A stretch of 64,000 nt of DNA from Candidatus Brocadiia bacterium. Its GTDB lineage: Bacteria; Planctomycetota; Brocadiia; CAIUPP01. Both the position numbers and the translations under genes were made by a program. The first letter of the stretch is position 1. Every line of letters begins with the position of its first letter. The DNA is taken from the NCBI GenBank assembly GCA_050015075.1, contig JBEKCB010000009.1, positions 81,878-145,877 on the forward strand, given 5' to 3'. Under the pieces are notes generated by a model. The model was not told the origin of the DNA. It did no database searches and saw only the letters and a program-made list of their open reading frames with translations. Below are positions 38,519 to 49,194 of this stretch, in pieces.

Positions 38519-39082
38519 ATGGTCGAGATGGTGAAAGTCAGCAAGGCGGCGCAGATTAGAGCGGTAGCCGACCTGGCCCGTGAGATCTGGAACGAGCACT
38601 TCGTTCCGATCATCGGACAGGACCAGGTGGATTACATGCTCGAACGGTTCCAGAGCGCGCCGGCGATCCATGAACAGATCGCCGCCGGCTACGAATACTA
38701 TCTTGTGCGCGACCGCGGGCGGTACGCGGGGTATTTCGCCCTGGTGCCCGCCCGGAAGAAACGCACCGCGCAGCTCAGCAAAATTTACGTGCGCCACGCG
38801 CGGCGCGGGCGCGGCCTGGGCAAGGCGATCATCGCGTTTGCCGACGCCTACTGCGCCGAGAGGGGCATCCGCAGTCTGTGGCTGACGGTCAACCGGCACA
38901 ACGCAGGTTCCATCGCCTTCTACGAGCGCATGGGCTTCAGCAAGGCGGAGAGACTTGTCCGGAAGATCGGCCGCGGCTTTGTGATGGACGACTACAGAAT
39001 GGTCAAGAGGCCTTTGGACGCGCAGTCCTCACAGCGTGGAGGCGCTCGAGGGCTGCGCGCACGCCGGCCAAGTTCGCCGTGA
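38519..39082 (+). CDS. GNAT N-acetyltransferase
   Basis: KIYV...RGRGLG, LTVNRHN...FYERMGF. Confidence 0.92.
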   Translation: MVEMVKVSKAAQIRAVADLAREIWNEHFVPIIGQDQVDYMLERFQSAPAIHEQIAAGYEYYLVRDRGRYAGYFALVPARKKRTAQLSKIYVRHARRGRGLGKAIIAFADAYCAERGIRSLWLTVNRHNAGSIAFYERMGFSKAERLVRKIGRGFVMDDYRMVKRPLDAQSSQRGGARGLRARRPSSP

Positions 39083-39117
39083 GGGCATGAAGGCGTTTCA
39101 AGCGAAGGTGCGGCCGG

Positions 39118-40359
39118 TCATTTGGCCGGCGGCGGCGCGGGCGGCGTTTCGACCAAGTCTATCTTGACCTTGTCCAGCATTCCCCGCTGTGAGTAGAGCT
39201 CGAACAACTCGCGCTTGGCCTGCTCGTGCATCGGCGACTTGGGCTTCGCGGCCAGCTCCTTGTAGAACGCAATCGCCTCGTCGTCGCGCTTAAGGCTGCG
39301 ATAGGCGTTGGCCAAGTGCAGCTTGATCGTGTCGTGTTCGCCTTCGGACTGCGCCAGGCTGTCGGCTTTCGCGTAGGCGGGCAGGGATTTCGGCGCTTGT
39401 CCGTAGTTGCAGCAGGTGTCGCCGAAGCGCATCCAGGACATCGCGTTCTGGGGCTCGACCTTGGCGGCCTTCTCGGCCCACTCGAAGCCCTTATCCTTTT
39501 GATCGGAGGAGAAATACGCGTTGGAAATCCGCTCGTAGCAGGTTGCCCGCTGCGCCGGCTGGGACCCGCCCAGTTTCTCATACAGCGCGATAGCCTGCTC
39601 CGTGTTCTTCAGTCTCACCTCGATATCCGCCAGTTGCAGTATCACTTGGGCATCGTCGCCCTTGATGGCCAGCAACTTCACGGCCACCGCGCGCGCGGCC
39701 GGCAGGTCCTGCTTCCAGTCTCGATAAATCCATACCAGCGCCTGCAGGGACAGGCTGTCCTGCGGGTCGCTCGCCGCGAGGTCCTCGAAAATCCGGATAA
39801 GCTCGTCGGTTTTCTGGAGCCGCCGATAGAGGTCAATCAACCGGTCCCGAGCCCATTCGCGCTGACCGGGTTGCTGCGCGGTCTTCATCAGGGCCTGATA
39901 CTGCGCGGACGCCTCGTCGGTCTTGCCGGTGTTTTCCAGGGCCTGGGCGAGCGATTGCCCGAGGCGCCACTGGGTCGGGGCGTCCTGGGCCAACGCCAGT
40001 CCCTGGCTGTACTTATCGGCGGCATCGGTGAGCTTTTTCTGGCTTTCCAGCAAACCGCCCCAACTGGTGAAAACCTGCACTTTGATCTGCGGCCCCTTGG
40101 CCGTCTCGATGGCCTTGGCATAGCACTTCTCCGCCTCGTCGGTCATCCCGTAGCGCTGGTGAAGCTGGGCCTGGTCATACCAGTACTGTCCCGGTTCAAC
40201 GCCCGAAGGCTGCTGCGCGTCGGGACGAGGCGCCGGCGTGGACGGGGCCGGCGTTTGAGCGGCCAGGTACGAGGCCGTCGCTCCGAGCAGGCAGACGGCG
40301 AGAATCAGCGCCCTGCGGCGGGCCGGAATGAGTCTGCGTGCGGACTTCGCGGTTTTCAT
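39118..40359 (-). CDS. Exported tetratricopeptide repeat protein
   Basis: Signal peptide; repeated helical TPR-like pattern. Confidence 0.85.
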   Translation of the reverse strand: MKTAKSARRLIPARRRALILAVCLLGATASYLAAQTPAPSTPAPRPDAQQPSGVEPGQYWYDQAQLHQRYGMTDEAEKCYAKAIETAKGPQIKVQVFTSWGGLLESQKKLTDAADKYSQGLALAQDAPTQWRLGQSLAQALENTGKTDEASAQYQALMKTAQQPGQREWARDRLIDLYRRLQKTDELIRIFEDLAASDPQDSLSLQALVWIYRDWKQDLPAARAVAVKLLAIKGDDAQVILQLADIEVRLKNTEQAIALYEKLGGSQPAQRATCYERISNAYFSSDQKDKGFEWAEKAAKVEPQNAMSWMRFGDTCCNYGQAPKSLPAYAKADSLAQSEGEHDTIKLHLANAYRSLKRDDEAIAFYKELAAKPKSPMHEQAKRELFELYSQRGMLDKVKIDLVETPPAPPPAK

Positions 40360-40804
40360 GTTCGCTTAACGCTTCCAAAAAGATGCCGATAGAATTAATT
40401 GTATCGAATCAGACACGCACAGCGCAACTATTATTTGGTGATCCAGGATTCTCTGGACAAATGGGTCGAAATCGGATAAAATCGTGGCGATTCAGCAATG
40501 ACGATCACCACCGGGATCCGACCCAGGGGCATCTTTAGAGTTGACTTGCGTCGTGTATCAGTGGCAGCGGCGTCTCTTGCGCCATGCGACTGAGTCTCAA
40601 GGCGGTATTTGCCGTAAAGAGATGTACGTTGATGAACTTGCGGCGACGTACCGTACAGCGTAGTCTGCGCGATCGCGGTCCAGGGCAACCGCGCGCCTGC
40701 GGTTCTTTCCGTATTCAAGCCACGCAACCGGCGAAATCGAGAACAACCATTTCTTGTCATGACAGGCCGCGCCGCCGCCGCGCCCTCGCCCGGTGGAATA
40801 GAAC

Positions 40805-43800
40805 ATGATGACTCGATCTGACCGCACACGGAGCGCAGGGTTCGCAGCCGCCATCATCATCGCATTGGCGCTGTCGCCTCTCGCGGCGTTCGCGAAGCCG
40901 ATCGTCCAGAACGACGCGGCGACGGCAGCCCAGGGCTGGCTCAAGCAGCCCGGACACGGACTGAAAACGCCCCTCGGCAATGCGGTCAGGAACACCCAGG
41001 TTTATACCGACGCCGCCGGCGCCCCGATCTATTTCGTGGTCAACCTCAACCCTTCAGGCTTTGTGATTGTCCCGGCGGACGACCTCGTCGAACCGGTCCT
41101 TTGCTTCAGCCCGGCCGGCAAGTACGTCGCTTCCGAAAAGAACCCGCTCGGCGCGCTGGTGATGCGTGACGTCCCCGTCCGGCTCGCGCTGGCGCGGGCA
41201 AAGCCGGTCGCCGGGCGTCAACAAGCGGCGCAGCGCAAATGGGCGCAGTTCCGGGCCGCAGGGACAGTGGGCGCTGCGCTGCCGGGGCTCACGAGCGTGT
41301 CGGACCTTCGAGTGGCTCCGCTCACTCAAAGCCAGTGGGACCAGGGCGACGCCGCAGGCGTCACCTGTTACAACTATTACACGCCGGACAATGACGTGGA
41401 TGGCTGCGTCGCGACGGCCATGGCGCAGTTGATGTTCTTTTATCAATACCCCACCGCAGGCGTAGGGACGGCGGGCTTTACGATCTGGGTCAACGGAAAT
41501 CCGCAGATGGCCAACCTGCTCGGCGGCAATGGAAGCGGCGGACCCTACGATTGGGCCGATATGCCGCTGGTGCCTTCGAACGGCGTGACCACTACGCAAC
41601 GCCAGGCCATCGGCGCGCTCTGTTACGACGCGGGCGTATCCGTCAATATGGCATACACCTCGGATAGCTCCGGCGCAGACCCGACCGAGATCGTGCCCGC
41701 CCTGAACAGCGTGTTTCTCTACAACAACGCGATCTGCGGAGGCGATGGGGATAATATCGGAAGCGGGTTGGTCGGAATGCTCAACCCGAACCTCGACGCG
41801 GGATTACCGTGCCTGCTGTCCATTTACGCCTCCGACGGCACCGGCCACGAGATCATCGCCGATGGATACGGATATGATTCCTCCACCCTTTATCACCACC
41901 TGAACCTGGGCTGGGGCGGCTACGACACTGCCTGGTACAACCTCCCCGACTTCGACGCCGGCGGTTACGACTGGCAGACCGTCGCCTTCTGCATCTACAA
42001 CGTCTATCCCACCAGCAGCGGCGAGATCATCAGCGGGCGGGTCACCGACAGCACTGGAGCGGCCATCGGCGGAGTGACCGTCACCGCCACATGCGCGGGG
42101 GTCGGAGTCTATACGGCCACCACGAATGCCAACGGCATTTATGCCTTCGCCAATGTGCCCTCCTCGTCCTCCTACACCCTGACCGCGGCCCAGACCGGGT
42201 ACACCTTCTCGCCGCAAAGCGTCTCCACCGGCACATCCTCGGACTATGCCACTGCTTCCGGCGACGTTTGGGGGGCGAATTTCACGCCGACCGCAGTCGC
42301 CGGCACATGGACGCTGACCGTCAACTCGTCGCCGGCCCAGGGAGCTGCGGTCACCGGCACGAATCCCGGCACGACGGATTACTCCATTTCAAGCATCACG
42401 AATGGAAACGCCGTCAGCCTGACCGCACCGGCGAGCTTCGTCGCGGGCGGAACGACCTACAATTTCGTCCAGTGGGCCGCGCCGACAGGCTGGACCGCTT
42501 CGGGCGCGACGGTTTCCGGCAACATGACTTCCGACGCCACGCTGACAGCCGATTACGCAGCGCAGGTATGGACGCTGACGGTAAACTCCGCGCCGGTCCA
42601 GGGAGTTGGGATCAGCGGCACGAATCCAGGCACAGCGGATTACTCCGTGGCGGGCATCGTGGATGGAACCGCCGTCAGCCTGACCGCACCGGCGAGCTTC
42701 GTCGCGGGCGGAACGACTTACAATTTCGTCCAGTGGGCCGCGCCGACAGGCTGGACCGCTTCGGGCGCCACGGTATCCGGCCACATCCACTCCAACGCCA
42801 CGCTGGCGGCCGATTACGCGGCGCAGGTGTGGACGCTGATGGTGAACTCCACGCCGGTCCAGGGAGCCGGGATCAGCGGCACGAATCCCGGCACGACGGA
42901 TTACTACGTTCTGAGCATCGTGGATGGAACCGCCGTAAGCCTGACCGCACCGGCGAGCTTCGTCGCGGGCGGAACGACCTACAATTTCGTCCAGTGGACC
43001 GCGCCGACGGGCTGGACCGCCTCAGGCGCCACGGTATCCGGCAACATCCACTCCAACACGGCGCTGGCGGCCGATTACGCGGCGCAGGTGTGGACGCTGA
43101 CGGTGAACTCCGCACCGGTCCAGGGAGTTGGCATCACCGGGACGTATCCGGGAACGACGAACTATTCGGCCTCGGGTGTGACCGACGGCACGGCGGTGAG
43201 CCTCGCGGCGCCGGCGGGCGACCCGGCCGGATACACCTTCTCGCAGTGGGCTGTAAACGGCGTCGCACAGGCTTCCGGGCAGAAGTCCATCACGTTCACG
43301 ATGTCCGCGGCCACGACAGCCGTCGCGCAGTACACGCTGAACGATTACGCGCTGACCGTCCAGTCCACGCCGCCGGCCGGACTGGGCATCGGGTCGAGCA
43401 CAGGCGACGGCGGCACGACGGACTACACGGTTCCCGTCGTCGCGTACGGCACGAGCGTGAATCTGCAAGCCCCCGCAACGGACCCGGCCGGATACACCTT
43501 CTCATCCTGGACGCTCAACGGCGCGGCGCAGACTTCAGGCCAGAAAGCGGCCACGTTCACGGTGACCGCGGCCGTGACCGCCGTCGCGCAGTACACGCTG
43601 AACACCTATACGCTGAGCGTGCAGTCCACGCCACCGACCGGCTTGAGCGTCGGGTCCAGCACGGGCAACGGCGGCACGACGAGCTACACCGATACGGTCG
43701 CGTACGGGACAAATGTGAGCCTGCAAGCCCCGGCAACGGACCCGGCCGGGTACACTTTCTCGTATTGGACGCTCAACGGCGCGGCGCAGACTTCCGGGCA

Positions 43801-45937
43801 GAAGGCAGTCACGTTCACGGTGACCGCGGCCACGACAGCAGTAGCGCAGTACACGCTGAACACCTATACGCTGAGCGTGCAGTCCTCGCCGCCGACCGGC
43901 CTGAGCGTCGGTTCCAGCACGGGCAACGGCGGAACGACGAGCTACACCGATACCGTCGCGTACGGGACGAGCGTGAACCTGCAGGCTCCGGCAACGGACC
44001 CGGCCGGATACACCTTCTCGCATTGGACGCTCAACGGCGCGGCGCAGACCTCAGGTCAGAAGGCGGTCACGTTCACGATGACCGCCGCCATGACGGCCGT
44101 CGCGCAGTACACGCTGAACACCTACACGCTGAGCGTGCAGTCGTCGCCGGCCACCGGATTCCTTGTCACTTCGAGCACCGCTGACGGCGGCACGACGAAC
44201 TACACGATTCCCGCCGTCGCGTACGGCGCCAGCGTGAACCTTCAGGCGCCGGCGACGAACCCGGCCGGATACACCTTCTCGCATTGGACACTCAATGGCG
44301 CGGCGCAGACTTCGGGGCAGAAGTCCGTCACGTTCACGCTGTCCGCCGCCATGACGGCCGTGGCGCAGTATACGGTGAACGGTTACGTACTGACCGTCCA
44401 GTCCACGCCGCCGTCCGGGGTGAGCATCGCTTCGAGCACGGGCAACAGCGGGAAGACGAGCTACACCGATGTCGCCGCGCACGGCGCGACCGTGAACTTG
44501 CAGGCCCCGGCGACCAACCCGGCCGGGTACACTTTCACGCAGTGGACGCTGAACGGCACGGCACAGACTTCCGGGCAGAAGTCCATCACATTCACGATGT
44601 CCGCCGCCATAACGGCCGTGGCGCGGTACGCGCTGAGCGACTACGCATTGACCGTCCAGTCCACGCCGGCAAGCGCGGTCAGCATCGGTTCGAGCACGGG
44701 CAACAACGGGACGACAAACTACACCGATTCCGTGGCGTCCGGGACCAGCGTGAACCTGCAAGCGCCGGCGACGGACCCGCCGGGGTATACCTTCTGGTAC
44801 TGGACGGTCAATGGCACGGCGCAGACCTCGGGTCAGAAGGCGATCACGTTCACGGTGACCGCGGCCACGACAGCAGTGGCGCGGTACACACTGAACACCT
44901 ACACGCTCAGCGGGCAGTCCACGCCGCCGACCGGGTTGAGCATCGGTTCGAGCACGGGCCATGGCGGCACGACGAACTACACGAAGACCGGCGTCGGGTA
45001 CCGTACGAGCGTGGTCCTTCAGGCCCCGGCGACGGACCCGGCCGGGTATGTTTTCTCGCGCTGGACGCTCAACGGCACGGCCCAGACTTCCGGCCAGAAG
45101 TCGCTCACGTTCACGCTGACCGCCGGCACGACGGCCCTGGCGACGTACACGCCGATCTATACTCTGAGCGTGCAGTCCACGCCGCCGACCGGGCTGAGCA
45201 TCGTTTCGACTACGGGTCATGGCGGCACGACGAATTACACGAAGACCGGCGTCGCAGGCGGAACGACCGTGAACCTTCAGGCCCCGGCGACGAACCCGGT
45301 TGGGTACGTTTTCGCGCACTGGACGCTCAACGGCGCGGCGCAGACTTCCGGTCAGAAGTCGCTCACGTTCGCGGTGAGCGCCGGCACGACGGCCGTGGCG
45401 ACGTACACACCGACCTACACGCTGAGTGTGCAGTCCACGCCGGCGACCGCGGTGAGCATCGGTTCGAGCACGGGCAACAACGGGCTGACGAACTATGCCC
45501 AACCCGTGGCGTCTGGGACGAGCGTGAACCTGCAGGCGCCGGCGACGGACCCGGCCGGCTACACCTTCTTGTACTGGACGGTCAACGGCACGGCGCAGAC
45601 CTCGGGTCAGAAGGCGATCGCGTTCACGGTGACCGCGGCCACGACAGCGGTGGCGCGGTACACGCTGAACACCTACACGCTGAGCGTGCAGTCCACGCCG
45701 CCGACCGGGTTGAGCATCGGTTCGAGCACGGGCCATGGCGGCACGACGAACTATACGAAGACCGGCGTCGGGTACGGGACGAAGGTGTCCCTTGGGGCTC
45801 CGGCGACGGACCCGGCCGGGTATACCTTCTCGTACTGGACGGTCAACGGCACGGCGCAGACTTCCGGTCAGAAGGCGATCACCTTCACGTTGACCGGCGC
45901 CACGACCGCCGTGGCCCAGTACACCGTCGGCGGCTGA
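40805..45937 (+). CDS. Secreted peptidase C10 (streptopain family) with propeptide, carboxypeptidase-regulatory-like domain and 14 beta-rich repeats
   Basis: Signal peptide, GFVIVPADD propeptide, QWDQG, GCVATAMAQ, GHEIIADGY, HLNLGWGG. Confidence 0.9.
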   Translation: MMTRSDRTRSAGFAAAIIIALALSPLAAFAKPIVQNDAATAAQGWLKQPGHGLKTPLGNAVRNTQVYTDAAGAPIYFVVNLNPSGFVIVPADDLVEPVLCFSPAGKYVASEKNPLGALVMRDVPVRLALARAKPVAGRQQAAQRKWAQFRAAGTVGAALPGLTSVSDLRVAPLTQSQWDQGDAAGVTCYNYYTPDNDVDGCVATAMAQLMFFYQYPTAGVGTAGFTIWVNGNPQMANLLGGNGSGGPYDWADMPLVPSNGVTTTQRQAIGALCYDAGVSVNMAYTSDSSGADPTEIVPALNSVFLYNNAICGGDGDNIGSGLVGMLNPNLDAGLPCLLSIYASDGTGHEIIADGYGYDSSTLYHHLNLGWGGYDTAWYNLPDFDAGGYDWQTVAFCIYNVYPTSSGEIISGRVTDSTGAAIGGVTVTATCAGVGVYTATTNANGIYAFANVPSSSSYTLTAAQTGYTFSPQSVSTGTSSDYATASGDVWGANFTPTAVAGTWTLTVNSSPAQGAAVTGTNPGTTDYSISSITNGNAVSLTAPASFVAGGTTYNFVQWAAPTGWTASGATVSGNMTSDATLTADYAAQVWTLTVNSAPVQGVGISGTNPGTADYSVAGIVDGTAVSLTAPASFVAGGTTYNFVQWAAPTGWTASGATVSGHIHSNATLAADYAAQVWTLMVNSTPVQGAGISGTNPGTTDYYVLSIVDGTAVSLTAPASFVAGGTTYNFVQWTAPTGWTASGATVSGNIHSNTALAADYAAQVWTLTVNSAPVQGVGITGTYPGTTNYSASGVTDGTAVSLAAPAGDPAGYTFSQWAVNGVAQASGQKSITFTMSAATTAVAQYTLNDYALTVQSTPPAGLGIGSSTGDGGTTDYTVPVVAYGTSVNLQAPATDPAGYTFSSWTLNGAAQTSGQKAATFTVTAAVTAVAQYTLNTYTLSVQSTPPTGLSVGSSTGNGGTTSYTDTVAYGTNVSLQAPATDPAGYTFSYWTLNGAAQTSGQKAVTFTVTAATTAVAQYTLNTYTLSVQSSPPTGLSVGSSTGNGGTTSYTDTVAYGTSVNLQAPATDPAGYTFSHWTLNGAAQTSGQKAVTFTMTAAMTAVAQYTLNTYTLSVQSSPATGFLVTSSTADGGTTNYTIPAVAYGASVNLQAPATNPAGYTFSHWTLNGAAQTSGQKSVTFTLSAAMTAVAQYTVNGYVLTVQSTPPSGVSIASSTGNSGKTSYTDVAAHGATVNLQAPATNPAGYTFTQWTLNGTAQTSGQKSITFTMSAAITAVARYALSDYALTVQSTPASAVSIGSSTGNNGTTNYTDSVASGTSVNLQAPATDPPGYTFWYWTVNGTAQTSGQKAITFTVTAATTAVARYTLNTYTLSGQSTPPTGLSIGSSTGHGGTTNYTKTGVGYRTSVVLQAPATDPAGYVFSRWTLNGTAQTSGQKSLTFTLTAGTTALATYTPIYTLSVQSTPPTGLSIVSTTGHGGTTNYTKTGVAGGTTVNLQAPATNPVGYVFAHWTLNGAAQTSGQKSLTFAVSAGTTAVATYTPTYTLSVQSTPATAVSIGSSTGNNGLTNYAQPVASGTSVNLQAPATDPAGYTFLYWTVNGTAQTSGQKAIAFTVTAATTAVARYTLNTYTLSVQSTPPTGLSIGSSTGHGGTTNYTKTGVGYGTKVSLGAPATDPAGYTFSYWTVNGTAQTSGQKAITFTLTGATTAVAQYTVGG
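42308..45934 (+). repeat. Intragenic tandem repeat, 14 units of about 258 bp (InlB B-repeat-like)
   Basis: 3 type-A units (WTLTVNS...YNFVQW), 1 hybrid, 10 type-B units (YTLSVQS...GYTFxxW). Confidence 0.92.
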
Positions 45938-46012
45938 TCCGTTCTCCGTCCAGTCCGCCGCGCCAGCCGCCCTGGAACACTGTTCCAGGCCGCCGGCCCG
46001 CCGAGAAATTGC

Positions 46013-46041
46013 TTGACGGGGCCAACCTCAGTCATCACAAT
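46013..46041 (+). promoter_or_regulatory. Shared promoter/operator motif, copy 2
   Basis: TTGAC-ggggccaacctcagtc-ATCA-CAAT. Confidence 0.75.
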
Positions 46042-46100
46042 ATGCCATTCAATGCCTGACCGCTGTCAGGACCAAACCCCGGTTACAAGGCGCTCTGAGA

Positions 46101-47609
46101 TTGGCAGTCCTGCTTTCCATACTGTCCAGACACCGCTACGTGTTTCTGTCAGCCGCTGTAATGCTGCTGATGCTCGTTCACACTTCGAAGCGGTTGTGGA
46201 CGGCTGATTTCTGGGAGCATGCCGCCGTCGTCAGAGAGCTGGCGACAAACCCCGTTTCGCCGCACCACCCGCAGATTCTCTCCGATGCGCCCCATGCTTT
46301 CTATTCACCGTATACGCTGGTTGCCGGGTGCATCTCGCGGGTGACCGGCATGAATTGTTTCAGAACGCTGGTGGTGCTGGGCGTTGGCAATCTCATCCTT
46401 TTGCTGATCTCGATCTGGATGTTCAGCGTCGCGCTGTTGAAGCGGCGGGAAGCCGCCTTCTACGTTCTGTTGTTCACGCTCCTCCTATGGGGTCCGACGG
46501 CGTGGATGTACAGCGGGTTCTTTCATTTGCACGTGCTGGGAGATGTCCTTCCGTACCCTTCAACGTTCGCTGCAGCCATCGCGTTGCTGGCTTCAGCCAT
46601 CTACTGCAAGGCGCTCAGAACTGGAAATCGCCTGGCGCTCATCCCGGTCGCCCTGGCGAGCCTCGTGGTTGCAATTACCCATCCTCCGACGTTCATTTTC
46701 TTCAGCGCATGCATTTTTTCGCTGACGCTGGGCATTCCCTCCGGCCGTTTGCCCTTCCGCGAGTACGCCCGGCTCCTGGCCTGCACATTGATTCTGCCGT
46801 TGATCGTCGCGATGTTCTGGCCCTATTACCCGTTCTTCCAGTTGCTCGCGCAGGACTCTTCCTTGTACCACGCGAACAACAGGATCATGTACTCCGAAGT
46901 TGTGCAATGCATTTGGCCGGCATTTCCCGGGATTCCACTGATCATCTGGCGGTTCAAGTCGAAGAAAACGGACCCGGTGTTCCTGATCGCGGCCATCCTG
47001 AGCCTGATCTATGCTTATGGGGCGCTTTCGCACCACTGGACCTACGGACGTGTCATATCGTCCATCGTCCTGATGCTTCACATGTCCATTGCCGACGCTG
47101 TTGCTCAGGTCGAGATTTCGCTGAGAGCGCGTCTGCGGTCGCCGTCGTCGCTTAAACTTGTATTCGCGAGCCTGGCCGCCGCTGTGCTGTTGGCCTTCGC
47201 GTGCCGAACGACCATGCGCTCGCTCCTGGTTCGATGCTTACGGCTGCGCGACGTCAGCGAGTACGACCGATATAAATTCCTTTCGGGCGCTACTCCGCAA
47301 TACGACGTGGTGCTCTCTGACCTGGAGACCAGTTGGTATGTGCCCGCCTTCGCGGGGAAGGTCGTCGCGGTTCCACGGCCATTGCCCTTTGTGCCTGACA
47401 GCGCCGCCAGAGCGGACGACGTGCAGCGCTTCTTCAGTGGGTCATGTCTCCAGGCGGAACGGGAGACGATCATCCGGAAGTACAATGTGAAATGGCTTCT
47501 GCTGGACAAGGAGAATGTGCCGGGATGGTCGGCGATCGCGCAGTCGTTCCAGGACGGCGCTGAAATCACGCTGTCGAATGATCGGTTCGTGCTGATGCGC
47601 CTGCGCTAG
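46101..47609 (+). CDS. Polytopic membrane protein, GT-C glycosyltransferase-like
   Basis: Many TM helices, acidic DFWEH in the first loop, soluble C-terminal domain. Confidence 0.6.
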   Translation: MAVLLSILSRHRYVFLSAAVMLLMLVHTSKRLWTADFWEHAAVVRELATNPVSPHHPQILSDAPHAFYSPYTLVAGCISRVTGMNCFRTLVVLGVGNLILLLISIWMFSVALLKRREAAFYVLLFTLLLWGPTAWMYSGFFHLHVLGDVLPYPSTFAAAIALLASAIYCKALRTGNRLALIPVALASLVVAITHPPTFIFFSACIFSLTLGIPSGRLPFREYARLLACTLILPLIVAMFWPYYPFFQLLAQDSSLYHANNRIMYSEVVQCIWPAFPGIPLIIWRFKSKKTDPVFLIAAILSLIYAYGALSHHWTYGRVISSIVLMLHMSIADAVAQVEISLRARLRSPSSLKLVFASLAAAVLLAFACRTTMRSLLVRCLRLRDVSEYDRYKFLSGATPQYDVVLSDLETSWYVPAFAGKVVAVPRPLPFVPDSAARADDVQRFFSGSCLQAERETIIRKYNVKWLLLDKENVPGWSAIAQSFQDGAEITLSNDRFVLMRLR

Positions 47610-47732
47610 AGACCGCCCCATTGCGGCGGTCTGCCCCTTGTGGTAGAGTCCTCTCGCTGGCGGCGCCGGCCTGGCCTCCGAGCGTCCGGCGCGGGCAGCC
47701 TCCGCCAATCCCGAGTATCTGAGAGCTTCTCG

Positions 47733-49145
47733 ATGCTGCGCGCAAAATCGTCGTCTTCCAGGCCTGGCTCGCGTTGCGCCCGCTGCTTCCTGGGCGGCCT
47801 GGTGCTGATTTCCTTTCTCTGCCTGGATTGCCGGCGCCCCGCTGCGCCGCCGCCGACGCCCAAATACAATCTTCTGGTCATCTCGATAGACACCTGCCGC
47901 GCCGATCACCTGAAATGCTACGGCTATAACCAGGACACCTCGCCCCATCTGGACCAACTGGCCAGGGAAGGCGTCCTTTTTGAAAATGTGACCGCGGCGG
48001 CGTCCTGGACGTTGCCGTCGCACATGAGCATGTTCACCTCCCTTTATCCGAGCGTCCACGGCGTGCAGACCGGCGTCGTGCAGGGCGGTGGATTGGGCGA
48101 AGGCGTTCCGACGCTGACGGAGTGCCTGGCCAGGAGCGGATATGCGACAGCGGGTTTTGTCTCGGCGCCCACGATGAATCACGGGTGGGGATTCGGCCGC
48201 GGCTTCCAGCTCTATGACGACTTCACGGTCGGCCCGCCGCCGCCGGGTGGGGTCCGCAATGTCCTCACGAGTCCCGTGATCACCAACCTGGCCACGCAAT
48301 GGCTCAAGAAGCATTCCCGGGAGCATTTCTTCCTCTTCCTGCATTATTTCGACTGCCATGGCGACTATATTCCGCCCGCGCCCTACGACAAGAAATTCGA
48401 CCCCGACTACAAGGGCAAAGAGAACGGCCGCGGCATCTTCTATCGCCAGGACGCCATAGCGCATCTCTCGGTCATGGACCTGGCGCATTTGGTGTCTCTC
48501 TACGATGGGGGAATCGCCTACACCGACGAGCACGTCGGCAAGATCCTTCAACTTCTTCAGGACCTGCGGCTTTCCGAGAACACGCTGGTGATCGTATTGT
48601 CCGATCATGGCGAGGGATTTCTAGAGCATGGCAAAATCGGCCACGGCAACAGCCTGTACGAGGAACTGCTTCGTGTGCCGCTCATCATACGGCTGCCGGG
48701 CGTGATCCCGGCCGGCAAGCGCGTCGTCGAAAACGTGAGCCACGTTGACTTGATGCCGACCGTGCTGGGGCTTCTCCAAGTGCCGGGCCCCTCGAAGATT
48801 CAAGGGATTGACCTGTCGCCCGCGATTCTGAGCGATCAGCCGGTTCCCGAGCGCCCGATCTACAGCGAGCTGCTGCTCAACGGGCTTAACTTGCGAGCGG
48901 TTCGCTGGGGGAATCGCAAGCTTCTGGGCACGATGGGAACTCTTGCCGGGGCCCAGCTCGAAGAGGTGGCCGGCGGCCGCGAGAAGGTCATCGCCGGCGC
49001 GGACCTGAAGAAAGACTGTCCGGAGGCTGCACTCCGAGCCATGACGGAGGGCCCGCCCTCAATCGCTGCGGCCAATGCGGGGAAAGCGAACGGGCCGGAT
49101 GCGGACGTGCTCAGGCAACTGAAGAGCCTCGGCTACACACAATGA
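47733..49145 (+). CDS. Sulfatase-fold (alkaline phosphatase superfamily) hydrolase/transferase, Thr-type
   Basis: ISIDTCRADH, WTLPSH, FDCH, SDHGE, C-terminal LKSLGY; start uncertain. Confidence 0.88.
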   Translation: MLRAKSSSSRPGSRCARCFLGGLVLISFLCLDCRRPAAPPPTPKYNLLVISIDTCRADHLKCYGYNQDTSPHLDQLAREGVLFENVTAAASWTLPSHMSMFTSLYPSVHGVQTGVVQGGGLGEGVPTLTECLARSGYATAGFVSAPTMNHGWGFGRGFQLYDDFTVGPPPPGGVRNVLTSPVITNLATQWLKKHSREHFFLFLHYFDCHGDYIPPAPYDKKFDPDYKGKENGRGIFYRQDAIAHLSVMDLAHLVSLYDGGIAYTDEHVGKILQLLQDLRLSENTLVIVLSDHGEGFLEHGKIGHGNSLYEELLRVPLIIRLPGVIPAGKRVVENVSHVDLMPTVLGLLQVPGPSKIQGIDLSPAILSDQPVPERPIYSELLLNGLNLRAVRWGNRKLLGTMGTLAGAQLEEVAGGREKVIAGADLKKDCPEAALRAMTEGPPSIAAANAGKANGPDADVLRQLKSLGYTQ

Positions 49146-49194
49146 ACGCCATACGCGCCGCGCGAGCGGCCATTTTACAACGGGAGGAGAAAGC

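Noticed and set aside
40675-40745. c-di-GMP-I riboswitch-like CAGGGCAA upstream of the C10 protease
   Set aside because: The GAAA tetraloop stem and GACGCAAAG core are absent
42308-45934. Periodic DNA as a CRISPR array
   Set aside because: The roughly 258-bp units are in-frame protein repeats with no repeat-spacer structure and no cas genes
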